64,000 nucleotides of DNA. Source: Escherichia phage pEC-N1203-2Af.1. The notes beneath the pieces are model-generated. The model was not told the DNA's origin. It was given only the letters and a program-made list of their open reading frames with translations, and did not search any database. The stretch is from sequence record OQ540978.1; one strand, 5' to 3'. The translations under genes were made by a program, and so were the position numbers. Of the stretch, positions 10,843 through 21,589 are shown one piece after another (positions within the stretch are counted from its first letter, which is position 1; each line of letters begins with the position of its first letter).

Positions 10843-11895
10843 TTAGTTTGCTCCGAATGCCCCTAAGACACCACCTAAGATATTATTACCCGTTGTGGAT
10901 AACCAGTTAGACTGGCCTTTCTGTTGAGAAAGATTAGAACCACCGATCATAGGACCAGCCATACCAGACTGCCCACCTGAGTTGTTATAGGAACTCCAAG
11001 CATTCTGGGTCTGTTGGTTAGGAGAGAAAGCACCCAAACGACCTGCAATACCCAAGCCAGTGATACCAGCACCTAGGAGCTGTTGTCCAGTATTGACTCC
11101 CGGAGCAGCATTCTTAATTGTGTATCCAGCCATCGGGCTTACACTGTTTAATACATTAAGTTGGTTGTTAAGCTGATTCCATCCATACTGCTGAGAGCCA
11201 ATAGCATTCTGCCAATTAATATCAGCTTGAGATTGAGCTTGTTGCTGTTGTAGATTACCAGCCATGAGTTGATTCTGGATAGCTTGTTGAGTTGCCTGAA
11301 CACCTTGCGCACCAAGATTGAGATTCTGTCCAGCTAAACCAGACTGAGCACCAAGCAAACCTCTCTGGAAGTTCTGGTCTTGTTGAAGAGCACTGATTCC
11401 CATGTTCTTACCATTGATGGTACGAGATAGGTTTGTATTAGCACCATTCAAAGCCGCCCCTTGAGCCGCAGCCCTACGGAGAGAGCCTGAATCAGAGCCA
11501 TTGCCAAGAGAAACATTAGAAGCTGCTTTGCTAGTAGCCTGAGCAAGAGCTGAGCTGTTTAAGCCTTTACTAAAGTTATTAACACCATCAGCAGTTAAAC
11601 CACCACCATTGACAATATTCTGGTACTGTTGGGCAAGAGAGTTCAATTGGTCTAAACCTTGCTGTGTACGAGGTGTGTACATATCAGCCAATTGCTTTTG
11701 AGTTGTAGAAGCTGCTAAGTTATTCAGAGCACCTTGTTGGTTGCCATTAAACCCAGCCAGCTGTTGGGAAATAAATCCCTGATCGTTGTTCTGCATATTC
11801 TGAGCATTAGCAACAATCTGCTTCAGCAGGGCATCAACCTGAGAGGAAGGAGCCACTGTGGTTTTGCTAGAAGCTGATTTTCCAAATAAAGACAT
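10843..11895 (-). CDS. Q/N/G/A-rich low-complexity structural protein (paralog-like)
   Basis: ORF 350 aa; same biased composition as 9862-10830. Confidence 0.45.
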   Translation of the reverse strand: MSLFGKSASSKTTVAPSSQVDALLKQIVANAQNMQNNDQGFISQQLAGFNGNQQGALNNLAASTTQKQLADMYTPRTQQGLDQLNSLAQQYQNIVNGGGLTADGVNNFSKGLNSSALAQATSKAASNVSLGNGSDSGSLRRAAAQGAALNGANTNLSRTINGKNMGISALQQDQNFQRGLLGAQSGLAGQNLNLGAQGVQATQQAIQNQLMAGNLQQQQAQSQADINWQNAIGSQQYGWNQLNNQLNVLNSVSPMAGYTIKNAAPGVNTGQQLLGAGITGLGIAGRLGAFSPNQQTQNAWSSYNNSGGQSGMAGPMIGGSNLSQQKGQSNWLSTTGNNILGGVLGAFGAN

Positions 11896-11914
11896 AAGTC
11901 CTCCTTAACGATTA

Positions 11915-12697
11915 TTACTTAACACCAATGCTAGCCAAACGTCTAAGCACTGCTTGTGTTTGTGGGCTGTACTGAGAACCTGCCGCATGTGGTGCACTCG
12001 CTCTCTGAACTGTTTGAGATGTAGGAGGTTTACCAGCAAGCATAGCAGCTACTCCTAATACTGCATTACCAAAGTTCTGTTGAGGCTTCTGATCTTCACC
12101 TTCCTGCACTTCATCAGAGTAAAACTCTACCGGATTACCACCTAAAGCACCTGTCTTAGAAGCAGCAATCTCTGCCTGAGTGGGAGCTTGTGCAGCCTTC
12201 TCTCTGTCTAACAAGTCAGGATTAAACTGATTGACTGGTTGAACAGCTTGCAAAGCTCCAATTGGGTTAGCAATCTGAGAAGCTGCATCGCCGTAAAAAG
12301 GAAGAAAGTGTTTGTTGTTCATTGAGTCAAGAGCCTGAGGAGTAAATCCTTTCTTACCAGCGAACATCTGCCTAGCACCACCGGTTCCTTCAGAGTAGCC
12401 GACCATTGCCTTCTTAACATCACCATTGAAAGCTTTTAAGTTATCTCTGATATAACGAGCACCCATGTCAATATTCTTTGCTGGGTCCAGTCTGTCTTCT
12501 AGTTTGTATCCATAGTCTTTAGCCAATCCTTTACTGATCTGCATTAAACCTACAGGACCAGTTCCAGAGGCTACTTTAGGACGTCCACTAGACTCTCTTT
12601 GGATTACAGCATGAATCAAAGCAGCAGGAATCCCATACTTCTTTGAAGCTTGCTGTACCATTGGGTCTAGTTCTTCGATACCCATTCTAATTGCCAT
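11915..12697 (-). CDS. Lytic transglycosylase (SLT domain) virion protein
   Basis: ORF 260 aa; ESSGRP...GPVGLMQI catalytic Glu-Ser and GLMQ motif of soluble lytic transglycosylases. Confidence 0.7.
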   Translation of the reverse strand: MAIRMGIEELDPMVQQASKKYGIPAALIHAVIQRESSGRPKVASGTGPVGLMQISKGLAKDYGYKLEDRLDPAKNIDMGARYIRDNLKAFNGDVKKAMVGYSEGTGGARQMFAGKKGFTPQALDSMNNKHFLPFYGDAASQIANPIGALQAVQPVNQFNPDLLDREKAAQAPTQAEIAASKTGALGGNPVEFYSDEVQEGEDQKPQQNFGNAVLGVAAMLAGKPPTSQTVQRASAPHAAGSQYSPQTQAVLRRLASIGVK

Positions 12698-12706
12698 AAT
12701 ATCTCC

Positions 12707-13741
12707 TTATTGTATACTCCTGAATATCTTTCTAGCATCTAATACTGGAATACTTAACCCGAGGGCACCACCCCCTCCTAAATCATATTGACTACTCCAA
12801 GAGTAAATCATCCTTCCGAAACCTGTACCGAAAGAAGAGCCATTCATCATGTGAGATCTTGTGTGTTGAAAATACCAACCACTAGCCTTACCTCTTATTG
12901 CTCCAGCACCATAAGATAGAGGTATCATTGGATAGGCCAAAGATGTGTTACCACCACTCATAGGCATAAATCCCTCAACACTAAAAGGGGTTCTATATGT
13001 AGAAAAAACACACTGAGACCCATTTGGAGAAAAGATATTTAAACCTCCATTGTGGGTTGGTACTCCAGAACCATCACAGAAGACGGCAATTCTAACACCA
13101 CCGATGGACCCTGTTTGGTTTGTGTTACCATTATCATGAGACCTGTTCTGGTACACATAAACAACCCTGTTGGATGGATTGTATAGTAGACCTGCTCCGC
13201 CGTTACTCCAATTCGCGTAGACAGTTGCTCGGCTCATATCAAAACCACCAATATCTGGTATTTGAAGAGCACCATGTATGTCACCCTCCCAAGCCCAAAT
13301 ACATTGACCAACAACTCCAGAATCAGAGATTGAGAAATAGTCAGCAGAGTTGGAGAATGTGATTCCATAGTTCCTATTAGCTCTAGGCCATATTTGATAT
13401 ACATTAAAAGCCATATCAAATACCCAACCGTTTACGTTATAGTCCATAGTAACTCTGAAGGTTGAGTTATTAATAACAGATATATCCGTTATCCAATACA
13501 CATCAGACGTTACATTAGGAGGTATGTATCTCTCCCAAACAACAGACCCTGTTGGGACTACAACTATCTGACCACTTCCATCCCAACCGCTTATAGGCAA
13601 GTCACAGGTATTTCCACTAAAAGAGAAATTCCCACTTACCCTATTTCTGAGTTGAGGGAAAGTGCTACCACTGTCAATGTAAATATCAGCAGGTGCCGCT
13701 GGACCCGGACCGACCGGGCTTGTCCATATTCCATATGCCAT
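12707..13741 (-). CDS. Hypothetical virion (tail-associated) protein
   Basis: ORF 344 aa, Gly/Ser/Asn-rich, in tail gene block. Confidence 0.4.
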   Translation of the reverse strand: MAYGIWTSPVGPGPAAPADIYIDSGSTFPQLRNRVSGNFSFSGNTCDLPISGWDGSGQIVVVPTGSVVWERYIPPNVTSDVYWITDISVINNSTFRVTMDYNVNGWVFDMAFNVYQIWPRANRNYGITFSNSADYFSISDSGVVGQCIWAWEGDIHGALQIPDIGGFDMSRATVYANWSNGGAGLLYNPSNRVVYVYQNRSHDNGNTNQTGSIGGVRIAVFCDGSGVPTHNGGLNIFSPNGSQCVFSTYRTPFSVEGFMPMSGGNTSLAYPMIPLSYGAGAIRGKASGWYFQHTRSHMMNGSSFGTGFGRMIYSWSSQYDLGGGGALGLSIPVLDARKIFRSIQ

Positions 13742-13742
13742 G

Positions 13743-14777
13743 TTACCAACTCCCTATTCTTATGCGAAGAGTTCCACTCCCATCATAAAAATCTATTCTA
13801 TTACCGTTCATCCATAACTGAGAACCGCCTGTACCACCCATAACAAAATCACCACCAACAGTAAGCCTCCAGTTAGAACCCCACATAGAACCAGCAGTAA
13901 TCTTATCCGCTGACAAGTTCTGAATTTGAGCGTTGGAAATAGATACGTTGTCTATCTGTGCCCATTGGATTCTGGCGTTGGCGATCTGAGCCGTTGTGAT
14001 GTTGACGTTCTTTATGTCAGCGAACTCCATCCTAGCTCTTCCACCCTCAAACACAAAAGGGGTATTACCAGAGCTGCCATCACCAACAATAAACTTGTTA
14101 GCTGTTACTTGGAATTGACTGTTTGTTCCGTTGTTAGTTAACTTGACCCCAGCATATCTTCCGTTGACTGTAGAGTTAACTCCCCATGTAGCTTCATACT
14201 CAGAAAGCTTCATATACTGAGATAGGCTTCCATTAATATTTTGAATCTCTGTCTGAACTAAAGCAATCTCTTGACCTTGGTCGTTAACAATCCCTTCTAC
14301 CGTTTGAATCTTAGTTGTGTTACCTTCAATACTTGTTTTAAAGCCAGATACAGTGCTTTCTAATTTTACAGGAGGTTGAACAGAATTATCCCAAATATCT
14401 TCAGTGGAGAGGTTCCCCATCTGTGTTATAATATCTGCAATAGCTGTCTCTATCTCTGTAGTAATTCTATTCTCAAGCTCATCAAATTGTAAGTTCATCG
14501 CATGAAGAGCTTTGATACGAACATCAATCTCATCATGAATCTCATCAATAGCTTGGAACATTTGGTTAGTAGCTGTACTAACTTTCTGTAGCTCGTCATA
14601 TACGGCTACGTTATATGTTTCTGTGTCCTGTACATTATTGAGAAACCCAACGTTGTACGGAAGTGTGGTGTTATTACGACCAGTGTTCTTACGAAAACCA
14701 CCTGCACCCATAAGTTCCTCCAAAACAATAAAAGGGGCACGAAGCCCCTTGTTGTTATCTCCGTCCGCCAACAGCAA
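13743..14777 (-). CDS. Tail fibre-like protein
   Basis: ORF 344 aa; N-terminal coiled coil, C-terminal repetitive NAQI/beta-rich segment typical of fibre tips. Confidence 0.4.
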   Translation of the reverse strand: MLLADGDNNKGLRAPFIVLEELMGAGGFRKNTGRNNTTLPYNVGFLNNVQDTETYNVAVYDELQKVSTATNQMFQAIDEIHDEIDVRIKALHAMNLQFDELENRITTEIETAIADIITQMGNLSTEDIWDNSVQPPVKLESTVSGFKTSIEGNTTKIQTVEGIVNDQGQEIALVQTEIQNINGSLSQYMKLSEYEATWGVNSTVNGRYAGVKLTNNGTNSQFQVTANKFIVGDGSSGNTPFVFEGGRARMEFADIKNVNITTAQIANARIQWAQIDNVSISNAQIQNLSADKITAGSMWGSNWRLTVGGDFVMGGTGGSQLWMNGNRIDFYDGSGTLRIRIGSW

Positions 14778-17772
14778 ACTCTATCGTTAACCCATTGATA
14801 GCAGCATTACTGTTAACATCATTATCTATAACATTATAGAAAAGGTATGGATGGTTCAGTCTCACCGAGACATGCCTGTCAACACCAATCGTATAAGTCT
14901 TAGATGTGTGTGGGTGTCCATATTCATTTGAGAATTGACTACCTCCAGCTTCAAAGGTATAAGTGCCTGAGCCGGTTGTCTGAGGACGGAATCTGTTAAT
15001 ATGCTTCTGATTCCATTCGTTAGTGATGTTATCAAAATCCATACCAGTTCTTTCTAACCTCATCTCCAGTGGTTTTTCTATAACAACATCATTTAACCTG
15101 TCATAGAAATAATCAAGAGCACCTACATCCACTTGGTAGAATCCCCTCAAGAACGAACCTACTATCGTAACCCTCTGTCTAAAGTTTGTTGCATCCTTTC
15201 TCCAAACGAGTTCTTTGATAGATGGGTCATCCCAAGTAATCTCTTGGAAGTCAGACCAGATTGGACCTCTCTCTAGAACAGGAGGATCAACCAGACCGAT
15301 ACACTGAGCATAAGGGATAGTACGGAAAGACCAAGTATCAAACTCGTAGTTCCATACAGCAGCTTTAGTGCAAGCGAAGCTTTCTTTCGGCTCTCCCGGA
15401 CCTACATAGAGAACCCAAACTTCTTTCTTATCCTGATGCAAGTGTACTCGAGTTGCTAGAGGGTTAACCAGACACACCTCATTAATCAGCATGTTCTTAA
15501 CACGGTTAGATGCAATTGACTTCTTGGTTGCACCATTGTGTAGGATTACATCGTTCTGAGTAACTACGAAGTGGCTACCTTCTACTTCAACCACACACTC
15601 AGGAGCAAGGATACCGGAGTCGTTAAAAAGTTTCTTGAACATCAGAGGTTGGTATGTGTTATTAGTAGGAGAACCAATATACGTTTCAAACTCTGTATAA
15701 ACGAACAAGTAATCTTTAAGAGGTAGGATATCAATCAAGCTACCATTAGAATCCGCCAAGTCAATGTAACCAGCATATCCATTTTCTAAAGCCTGAGTCT
15801 GTCCTACGATGTTAGAAGCCAAGTCCGAAGACACAACTCGATCGTAGGCAAAGTCATCCCACAGTGTAGGAGCTTTGTTCTCATTAGCAAAGTTAGACCA
15901 ACGAAGACGAAGTGGATAGTTAGTGGTAACACCAGAAGCATTAGCCTCTCTCATATTCAGAGCAAAAAGACGGTTGTTAAAAGATCTTACTCTTTCACAT
16001 TTCCAGTTAAACTTCTTGACTGAAGGGTTTCCATCATTATCAACAACTGTTTGCTCACCCCATCCCGGAAGATCTACAAAGTATTCTGATTCGAATTCTT
16101 TTACCTGAGGGGTTTCATAGTGAGTTGTAGCAACTGCACAGTTAGAGATAACAGCGTGATACCAAGGGTAGTCATCAAAAGCATCATAATCTTTCTGAGT
16201 CATTTGACTGACAGTACATGTTACGTTAATCTCTCCTTTACGAAGAGCAACCAGTTTGATAGATTTACCAGTAACTGAAGTTGTAGAAACATAACCTGTC
16301 TTATCAACAGACCACTGATAAGAATAATCACCTTCTGGAGAAGCTGTAGCTGTGATAACAATCTCTTCACCAACATCGAGAGAAGCGCTGACAACATCTA
16401 AGGTTACGGATGACAAAGGAGTTGCGAACAAAGAAGCTCTTGCAAAACCTTCAATATCATTTACGTTAGAATAGTCATAGAAGTTGTTACCTTCGTACAT
16501 CCCTGACGTATCAATACCAGACGTAGGCTCAGCAAAATAAACCACTTCTTCACTTTCAGTAGGAGTTACTGCTTCCTCCTCTTGTGATTCAATTGGTTCT
16601 GATGCAGGTGCAGCAAATGCCATAGCACTTGTTCTCATCGCCCTTCCAGCTAAGTCTACTCGTACAGTACAGACAGCAACTCTGTTACCTTCTTCAGTGG
16701 TAGCCGTAATCTCAGTAAAGCCAGCAAGTAAAGCATTTACTGTCCCTTGTGTACTGGTCCCTGATACTGTTGCAATATTTGGATTAGAAGAAGTCCAAGT
16801 AATATTTTGATTAGGGGCGTTAGCAGGAGAAAGGGTAGCAGTTAAGATATACTGAGAACCTCTACTAACTATCACATCTGACTGACTTAAAGTGATACTG
16901 TCAATCTGAGGAATGGAAACAACCTCACAAGAAGCAGTCTTCGTTCCATTATCAGCAGTGATTGTTACATTGCCCTCACCATTAGCAGTAATGACTGCCG
17001 TTAGAGAATTGGCGTTAGGGGTCACGGATACAATAGAAGCGTTATTGCTGGACCAAGTTACAGGGGTTTTACCAGTAACAGCTGTAAGAGTGGTAGTCCC
17101 TCCTTTACGGATAGTAACAGTATCTTGACTCAAGAAGATGCCTGAATCACCATCTATAATGTTCACAGCAATCTGAGCCACTACAGAATCATCAGCAGTA
17201 GAGATGGTTACTACAAGATTACCCTCTCTCTCAAAAGATGTTAGAGTAGCAAGTTTAGAATCACTGGGATCTACTGTAATACTTCCATAAGTTGAATTAC
17301 TAACCTCCCAAACAAGATCGGTATTGTTAGCATCAGCAGGAAGAAGAGAAACTTCTAGATTCTTAGTCTGATTGAAGTTCATTGAAATAGTTGATTCTTT
17401 TGGAACAATCTGAGAAACAACCGGATAAATCTTAATCGAGGCAGAAGCCTTTTTAGTGACTGTAGCAACCTTACGGCTAATGTCAGTCAAGCTTTCATCT
17501 GTCAGTTTATATAACTTCTTATCCGTACCTACAACAAGAAAGCTATTACCTGCGCTATAATAATCGAAAGGCATAGATATGAAAGACAGAGGGGTTAAAT
17601 CCTTATCTTCGTCTACATAAGAAAGAGGGGCATTGCCCCCCGTCTTAAATACTCTCTGCTCAACAAATCGAGCATTTATAGCATTAGTGAAAGCATTAGG
17701 AGCTAAGTCTGTCGGAGCCTGATCAGCGATAACGCCTACAGCACCTAACGACTTTATTGGATACAGCGCCAT
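14755..17772 (-). CDS. Large tail protein with tandem bacterial Ig-like (BIG2-type) domains
   Basis: ORF 1005 aa; repeated Ig-like segments (e.g. SITLSQSDVIVSRGSQYILTATLSPANAPNQNITWTSSNPNIATV). Confidence 0.5.
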   Translation of the reverse strand: MALYPIKSLGAVGVIADQAPTDLAPNAFTNAINARFVEQRVFKTGGNAPLSYVDEDKDLTPLSFISMPFDYYSAGNSFLVVGTDKKLYKLTDESLTDISRKVATVTKKASASIKIYPVVSQIVPKESTISMNFNQTKNLEVSLLPADANNTDLVWEVSNSTYGSITVDPSDSKLATLTSFEREGNLVVTISTADDSVVAQIAVNIIDGDSGIFLSQDTVTIRKGGTTTLTAVTGKTPVTWSSNNASIVSVTPNANSLTAVITANGEGNVTITADNGTKTASCEVVSIPQIDSITLSQSDVIVSRGSQYILTATLSPANAPNQNITWTSSNPNIATVSGTSTQGTVNALLAGFTEITATTEEGNRVAVCTVRVDLAGRAMRTSAMAFAAPASEPIESQEEEAVTPTESEEVVYFAEPTSGIDTSGMYEGNNFYDYSNVNDIEGFARASLFATPLSSVTLDVVSASLDVGEEIVITATASPEGDYSYQWSVDKTGYVSTTSVTGKSIKLVALRKGEINVTCTVSQMTQKDYDAFDDYPWYHAVISNCAVATTHYETPQVKEFESEYFVDLPGWGEQTVVDNDGNPSVKKFNWKCERVRSFNNRLFALNMREANASGVTTNYPLRLRWSNFANENKAPTLWDDFAYDRVVSSDLASNIVGQTQALENGYAGYIDLADSNGSLIDILPLKDYLFVYTEFETYIGSPTNNTYQPLMFKKLFNDSGILAPECVVEVEGSHFVVTQNDVILHNGATKKSIASNRVKNMLINEVCLVNPLATRVHLHQDKKEVWVLYVGPGEPKESFACTKAAVWNYEFDTWSFRTIPYAQCIGLVDPPVLERGPIWSDFQEITWDDPSIKELVWRKDATNFRQRVTIVGSFLRGFYQVDVGALDYFYDRLNDVVIEKPLEMRLERTGMDFDNITNEWNQKHINRFRPQTTGSGTYTFEAGGSQFSNEYGHPHTSKTYTIGVDRHVSVRLNHPYLFYNVIDNDVNSNAAINGLTIEFAVGGRR

Positions 17773-17781
17773 AATTCCTCC

Positions 17782-18585
17782 TTAGCTAATACGTCTCCAA
17801 ATGTGAGCCGCTCTGAATGGTGGCAAAGTGTTAATAGGTTGACGAGAAATGTCATCACGACCAAGACTCACACTACCAGAGATTGTATGAGAGTGTGTGT
17901 CATTCTCTGTTCTCTGACTATAACCACTACCCGGACTGTACCAGTTAGGTGAGCTGTTATGACCGCTAGCATCCCCACGACCAAACACCATGTTGTGACT
18001 GTGGGTGTTACTGGATAAGGAGAAGCTGGAGCCATTAACTGTCATCAAAGGTACGTTCTCTGTACGAATGGTATTAAAGACACGACCACCTGTACCGCCT
18101 GCTTGGAACTCAACTCTCTGAGCATTAGGAACAGAACCATCAGGGTTTACAACACCAGTACCCATGATAACACCAGTCACTTTAGCCCAAGAGCCAAACC
18201 CTAAGGAGATAGAATCACCGGGGTTAATATCTTCTTCAGTGATGTAGTAAGAGCCAATTCTATAGAGCTTATTCTCCATCCAGTTTTTCATGAACGCTTC
18301 CATCTGACCTTTAGTAACAACATCTTTGTCACCAGTACCCGGAGTGACGTTCTTAATCATCAGACCACCAACATCCATTGCATCACCAGTAAACTTGAGC
18401 TTCTCTGACATAATCTTAAAAGTGTCAGAATCAATATCAACTGGTTCTGTGACATTGGGGAATGTGTTCTGTAGTGTTTGTTTAATGAGGCGGATTTGAG
18501 CCGCCCCTTCGTAGATATAATCCCTATCTCTAGGATAGAGCGGGTTTAAATCGGTAACAACTACCGCATTAGTCTCGATAGCCAA
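17782..18585 (-). CDS. Tail-associated structural protein
   Basis: ORF 267 aa, Gly/Ser-rich beta-type composition, between tail protein and endolysin. Confidence 0.35.
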   Translation of the reverse strand: MAIETNAVVVTDLNPLYPRDRDYIYEGAAQIRLIKQTLQNTFPNVTEPVDIDSDTFKIMSEKLKFTGDAMDVGGLMIKNVTPGTGDKDVVTKGQMEAFMKNWMENKLYRIGSYYITEEDINPGDSISLGFGSWAKVTGVIMGTGVVNPDGSVPNAQRVEFQAGGTGGRVFNTIRTENVPLMTVNGSSFSLSSNTHSHNMVFGRGDASGHNSSPNWYSPGSGYSQRTENDTHSHTISGSVSLGRDDISRQPINTLPPFRAAHIWRRIS

Positions 18586-18597
18586 AAGGCACCTCCA

Positions 18598-19089
18598 TTA
18601 ATATTTACCTTCAGTGTAAAGATCAGCTTCTGCAACCCTTCTATTATGAAGACCCTGACTTCTCTGCTTTTCTCCCCTGACCGTTATTTTATCCCAACGA
18701 AGAAATTCGGAATATACATCCCCTTTCACTTCTCCATTGATAACCTTCCTTAACTTAGATGTGCTCAAAGCACCACTGCCAACATTGAAGTTGAAAGAAG
18801 TGAGTGCATCAAACTCATGAACTAGCAAAGGAATCTTTATGTTCTTCTGAGTAGCACGAACAGAGTCTTGTGTGTCTCTATCTAGCAGAGCTAGACAATC
18901 CTCTATAGAATACGTTAATCCTTGTCTAACCGGATAACCATTCATATCGCGCGTAGCCCCTACACATATCGTCCAGATACCTGCGGAATCTTTATAAGCC
19001 TTGGTTCTCATACCCTCATGCTTCATGATGAATTCCATTCCAGCTGGGCTTAAGTTTAATTGTACAGGCGGCAATGCGGCGTTATCCAT
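18598..19089 (-). CDS. Endolysin, GH24 (T4/lambda-type) lysozyme
   Basis: ORF 163 aa; EGMRTKAYKDSAGIWTICVGAT contains the catalytic Glu and the Y.D..G.WTIG.G motif of phage lysozymes. Confidence 0.8.
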   Translation of the reverse strand: MDNAALPPVQLNLSPAGMEFIMKHEGMRTKAYKDSAGIWTICVGATRDMNGYPVRQGLTYSIEDCLALLDRDTQDSVRATQKNIKIPLLVHEFDALTSFNFNVGSGALSTSKLRKVINGEVKGDVYSEFLRWDKITVRGEKQRSQGLHNRRVAEADLYTEGKY

Positions 19090-19117
19090 TTCTAACCTCC
19101 TTTGTAGTCCCTTTAAA

Positions 19118-19336
19118 TTAAGGTAGTATCTTTCTCAGAGCGTTAGATTCAGCATCAGGACAAATAACAACTAGGTTATTTTGAATTGTTCTCTGCTTGC
19201 ATTGAGAGCTAAGCTTCTCTACTGGAGCAGGGACAGTTACTAATGGATGAACTGCGCTTACAGGAACTGCGGTTGACACCACAACGCCTGCACCTAAACA
19301 GATTAAACCATATGCAGCCTGTTTCATCATTTTCAT
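19118..19336 (-). CDS. Small signal-anchored protein, putative lysis accessory (spanin/holin-like)
   Basis: ORF 72 aa; hydrophobic N-terminus MKMMKQAAYGLICLGAGVVVSTA; directly upstream of endolysin. Confidence 0.35.
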   Translation of the reverse strand: MKMMKQAAYGLICLGAGVVVSTAVPVSAVHPLVTVPAPVEKLSSQCKQRTIQNNLVVICPDAESNALRKILP

Positions 19337-19392
19337 TTTAGTATCTCCTATATATTAACCTCTTGGGATATATTAGTTTCATTACTTACTAA

Positions 19393-19425
19393 GGGTACTT
19401 ACTACTAAAGCCCCCGAAGGGGCTT
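19393..19425 (-). terminator. Hairpin with UUCG tetraloop (weak terminator/attenuator)
   Basis: Minus-strand AAGCCCC-UUCG-GGGGCUU followed by an A/U-rich tract. Confidence 0.35.
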
Positions 19426-19495
19426 ATATTACTTCTCTGATAATTTTGTTTCTAAAGCCTCGACCTTATAGCAAGACTGAAGGTTATTTGCCAGA

Positions 19496-19744
19496 TTAGT
19501 CGGGAAGCGGGATGTTGAAAAGTTCTTCAAACTTTCCCGCGTCACTCAAAGGTTTTGCAGCAATGTAATAATTCTGCCACTCGACCAGTTTATCCTTATA
19601 GTCATCCATGAAACTTGACATTGCAGTACATTCTTGTATTTTAGTTACACACACTGAAAGTCTCATTTCAGCTGTTTTAACGTAGTCAATATTTGTATTA
19701 ATCATATTACTCCCTCCAAGTAGATTGAATGACGCCGGTTGCAC
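19496..19744 (-). CDS. Hypothetical protein
   Basis: ORF 82 aa downstream of tail fibre gene; no motif. Confidence 0.35.
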   Translation of the reverse strand: MQPASFNLLGGSNMINTNIDYVKTAEMRLSVCVTKIQECTAMSSFMDDYKDKLVEWQNYYIAAKPLSDAGKFEELFNIPLPD

Positions 19745-21584
19745 TTAAAAGTACCCACACCACAATAGTAGATGAGGACCTATTGTGGATAAACCCAGAG
19801 CACCGACTTAGGCCAAGACCCTCGCACTTAACATCCCAATCCGCAGAGTTACCAGCCTCACCAATAACTGATAAACTAGGATAGTTAGTGAAAGGTGATG
19901 CCCCTTCATCCACAAAATTCCAATTCCAATTTGTAGCAGAGTTAGGGGGGCAGGTTACAGGATAACGTCGTGATATAATCTGCCAACCGCGAGTATTGTT
20001 CTTAATAATGTTAAGTGACTGACCACCTGTTCCGGAATTGGTAACCTGATAGGCATCCCTAATAGGTCTATCATAGGATGATGATGTGCCTGTGCGGTTA
20101 TCAGTGACACGAATAATCGGGATAATTTCTCCATTTTCCGTATAGCGCGTCATAATACTTGAGCCTACACGTAGTGCACCGTTGACTCTATACTCACTGG
20201 AAACTTCCCCGCCGTAAATACTCACATCAGATGGAGGTACAGTGGTGCCACTATTAATAACAGACCAAGAAGTATTGGCAGCAGTAAATCCACCAGAGGC
20301 GCGGATAATCCAGATGCCACCTGCGTGGTTCGGAGCAAGGGTATTACCCAGCTTGCCGTAGGTGTCATTAGATGATGTTGCGCTAAACAATATCTGGTCG
20401 CCCTTCTCCGTACCTCCAACGGTTAATGAGCTACCTGAATCCATCACTCCCAGCTTAAAGGCACCACTGGCATCCGACGCATCCGCATTCGCACCGTGAG
20501 TATAAAAAGTCCCGGTGATATTCGGTGCAGATTGGGGGGCAACGACCCCCGCAACCCCATCAACAGTCCAATCCGTCGACTTTCCACTTGAGCCTGACAA
20601 GAAGATTCGACTCAGAGAATCGGTCTGAACCCCGTTCAAATCAGGAACGCGGAAGTTCGTCGACCCATCCCCGGTCGAGTATTTAGCCCTGTGAAGGAAC
20701 TTAACCCCGACAGCGTTCAGCCAGCCCGTCTCGTCAATAGACATCAACAACCCAGCATCTACAGCCGCCCACAAGTCAGGGTAATCGGTACGAGTCAATA
20801 GTTGACCATCAGCAGCGACATACCCAGCCGGCAACTTGACTCTTGAGCCCTGCCACCACTCCACCGCACCGATAAAGTTATTCATCACCCCACTCATGGA
20901 GGCACCGCCACCACTGCCGCCACTATTTCGGAGTTGTCTCACTGTCACAGCATCGTAGTCCCCAACACCATCTGGTACAGTAACAGGTTGGGTAAAGGTT
21001 ACTTTCTGGGTGAGTTGTTTGATATCGGAGTTGATACCGGTACGGTTTACACCAATAGTCCGACCTTTGGAATCTTTGACATAAGAACCAATTGCAGCAA
21101 AAGGCAAATCCTCAATCTCTGGACGATATCGTTTAGAATACACAGGGTATTTAGTTTCTACTCCGGAGTCGTTCTGGTCTACAACCTGAAGACGACCAGC
21201 AGAGTGAATCTCTACCCCTTGAACAGAAGAAGCATAGCTACCAATCTTGATTGCGTTGTCAGTAGTAACCTTCATCATATCAACTGACTCTACACCATTA
21301 GCCCCAGCAGAACGGAAAGGGATGTTATTATCTACAAAAGGGTCTGCTTTGAACAAAGCACCTTCCATGATAGGTTGAATTGAATCTAATACATAATCTT
21401 TAGATGCACCTTCTGTTTTAGTTTGATATACATCAGCCGCTTCTGTTTTCTGCAAGTATTTATCAGTTAAATTTACAGCTCCAGCAACACCATCTACAGT
21501 GGAAACGCCAACAACAGCTGCATCTCTGGAAACAACAACATATGGTTGAAGTATACCAGATTTGGGCATTAAATCTCTAGACAT
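19707..21584 (-). CDS. Tail fibre protein with phage tail-collar domain
   Basis: ORF 625 aa; ADGQLLTRTDYPDLW...KYSTGDGSTNFRVPDLNGV matches tail-collar / T4 gp12-like motif; shares long segments with 21626-24937. Confidence 0.65.
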   Translation of the reverse strand: MSRDLMPKSGILQPYVVVSRDAAVVGVSTVDGVAGAVNLTDKYLQKTEAADVYQTKTEGASKDYVLDSIQPIMEGALFKADPFVDNNIPFRSAGANGVESVDMMKVTTDNAIKIGSYASSVQGVEIHSAGRLQVVDQNDSGVETKYPVYSKRYRPEIEDLPFAAIGSYVKDSKGRTIGVNRTGINSDIKQLTQKVTFTQPVTVPDGVGDYDAVTVRQLRNSGGSGGGASMSGVMNNFIGAVEWWQGSRVKLPAGYVAADGQLLTRTDYPDLWAAVDAGLLMSIDETGWLNAVGVKFLHRAKYSTGDGSTNFRVPDLNGVQTDSLSRIFLSGSSGKSTDWTVDGVAGVVAPQSAPNITGTFYTHGANADASDASGAFKLGVMDSGSSLTVGGTEKGDQILFSATSSNDTYGKLGNTLAPNHAGGIWIIRASGGFTAANTSWSVINSGTTVPPSDVSIYGGEVSSEYRVNGALRVGSSIMTRYTENGEIIPIIRVTDNRTGTSSSYDRPIRDAYQVTNSGTGGQSLNIIKNNTRGWQIISRRYPVTCPPNSATNWNWNFVDEGASPFTNYPSLSVIGEAGNSADWDVKCEGLGLSRCSGFIHNRSSSTIVVWVLLSATGVIQSTWRE

Positions 21585-21589
21585 TTAAA

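Noticed and set aside
19118-19744. Calling a holin in the lysis region
   Set aside because: Neither small ORF next to the endolysin has the multi-TM topology of a typical holin; 19118-19336 has one hydrophobic N-terminal segment and is left as a lysis-associated candidate only.
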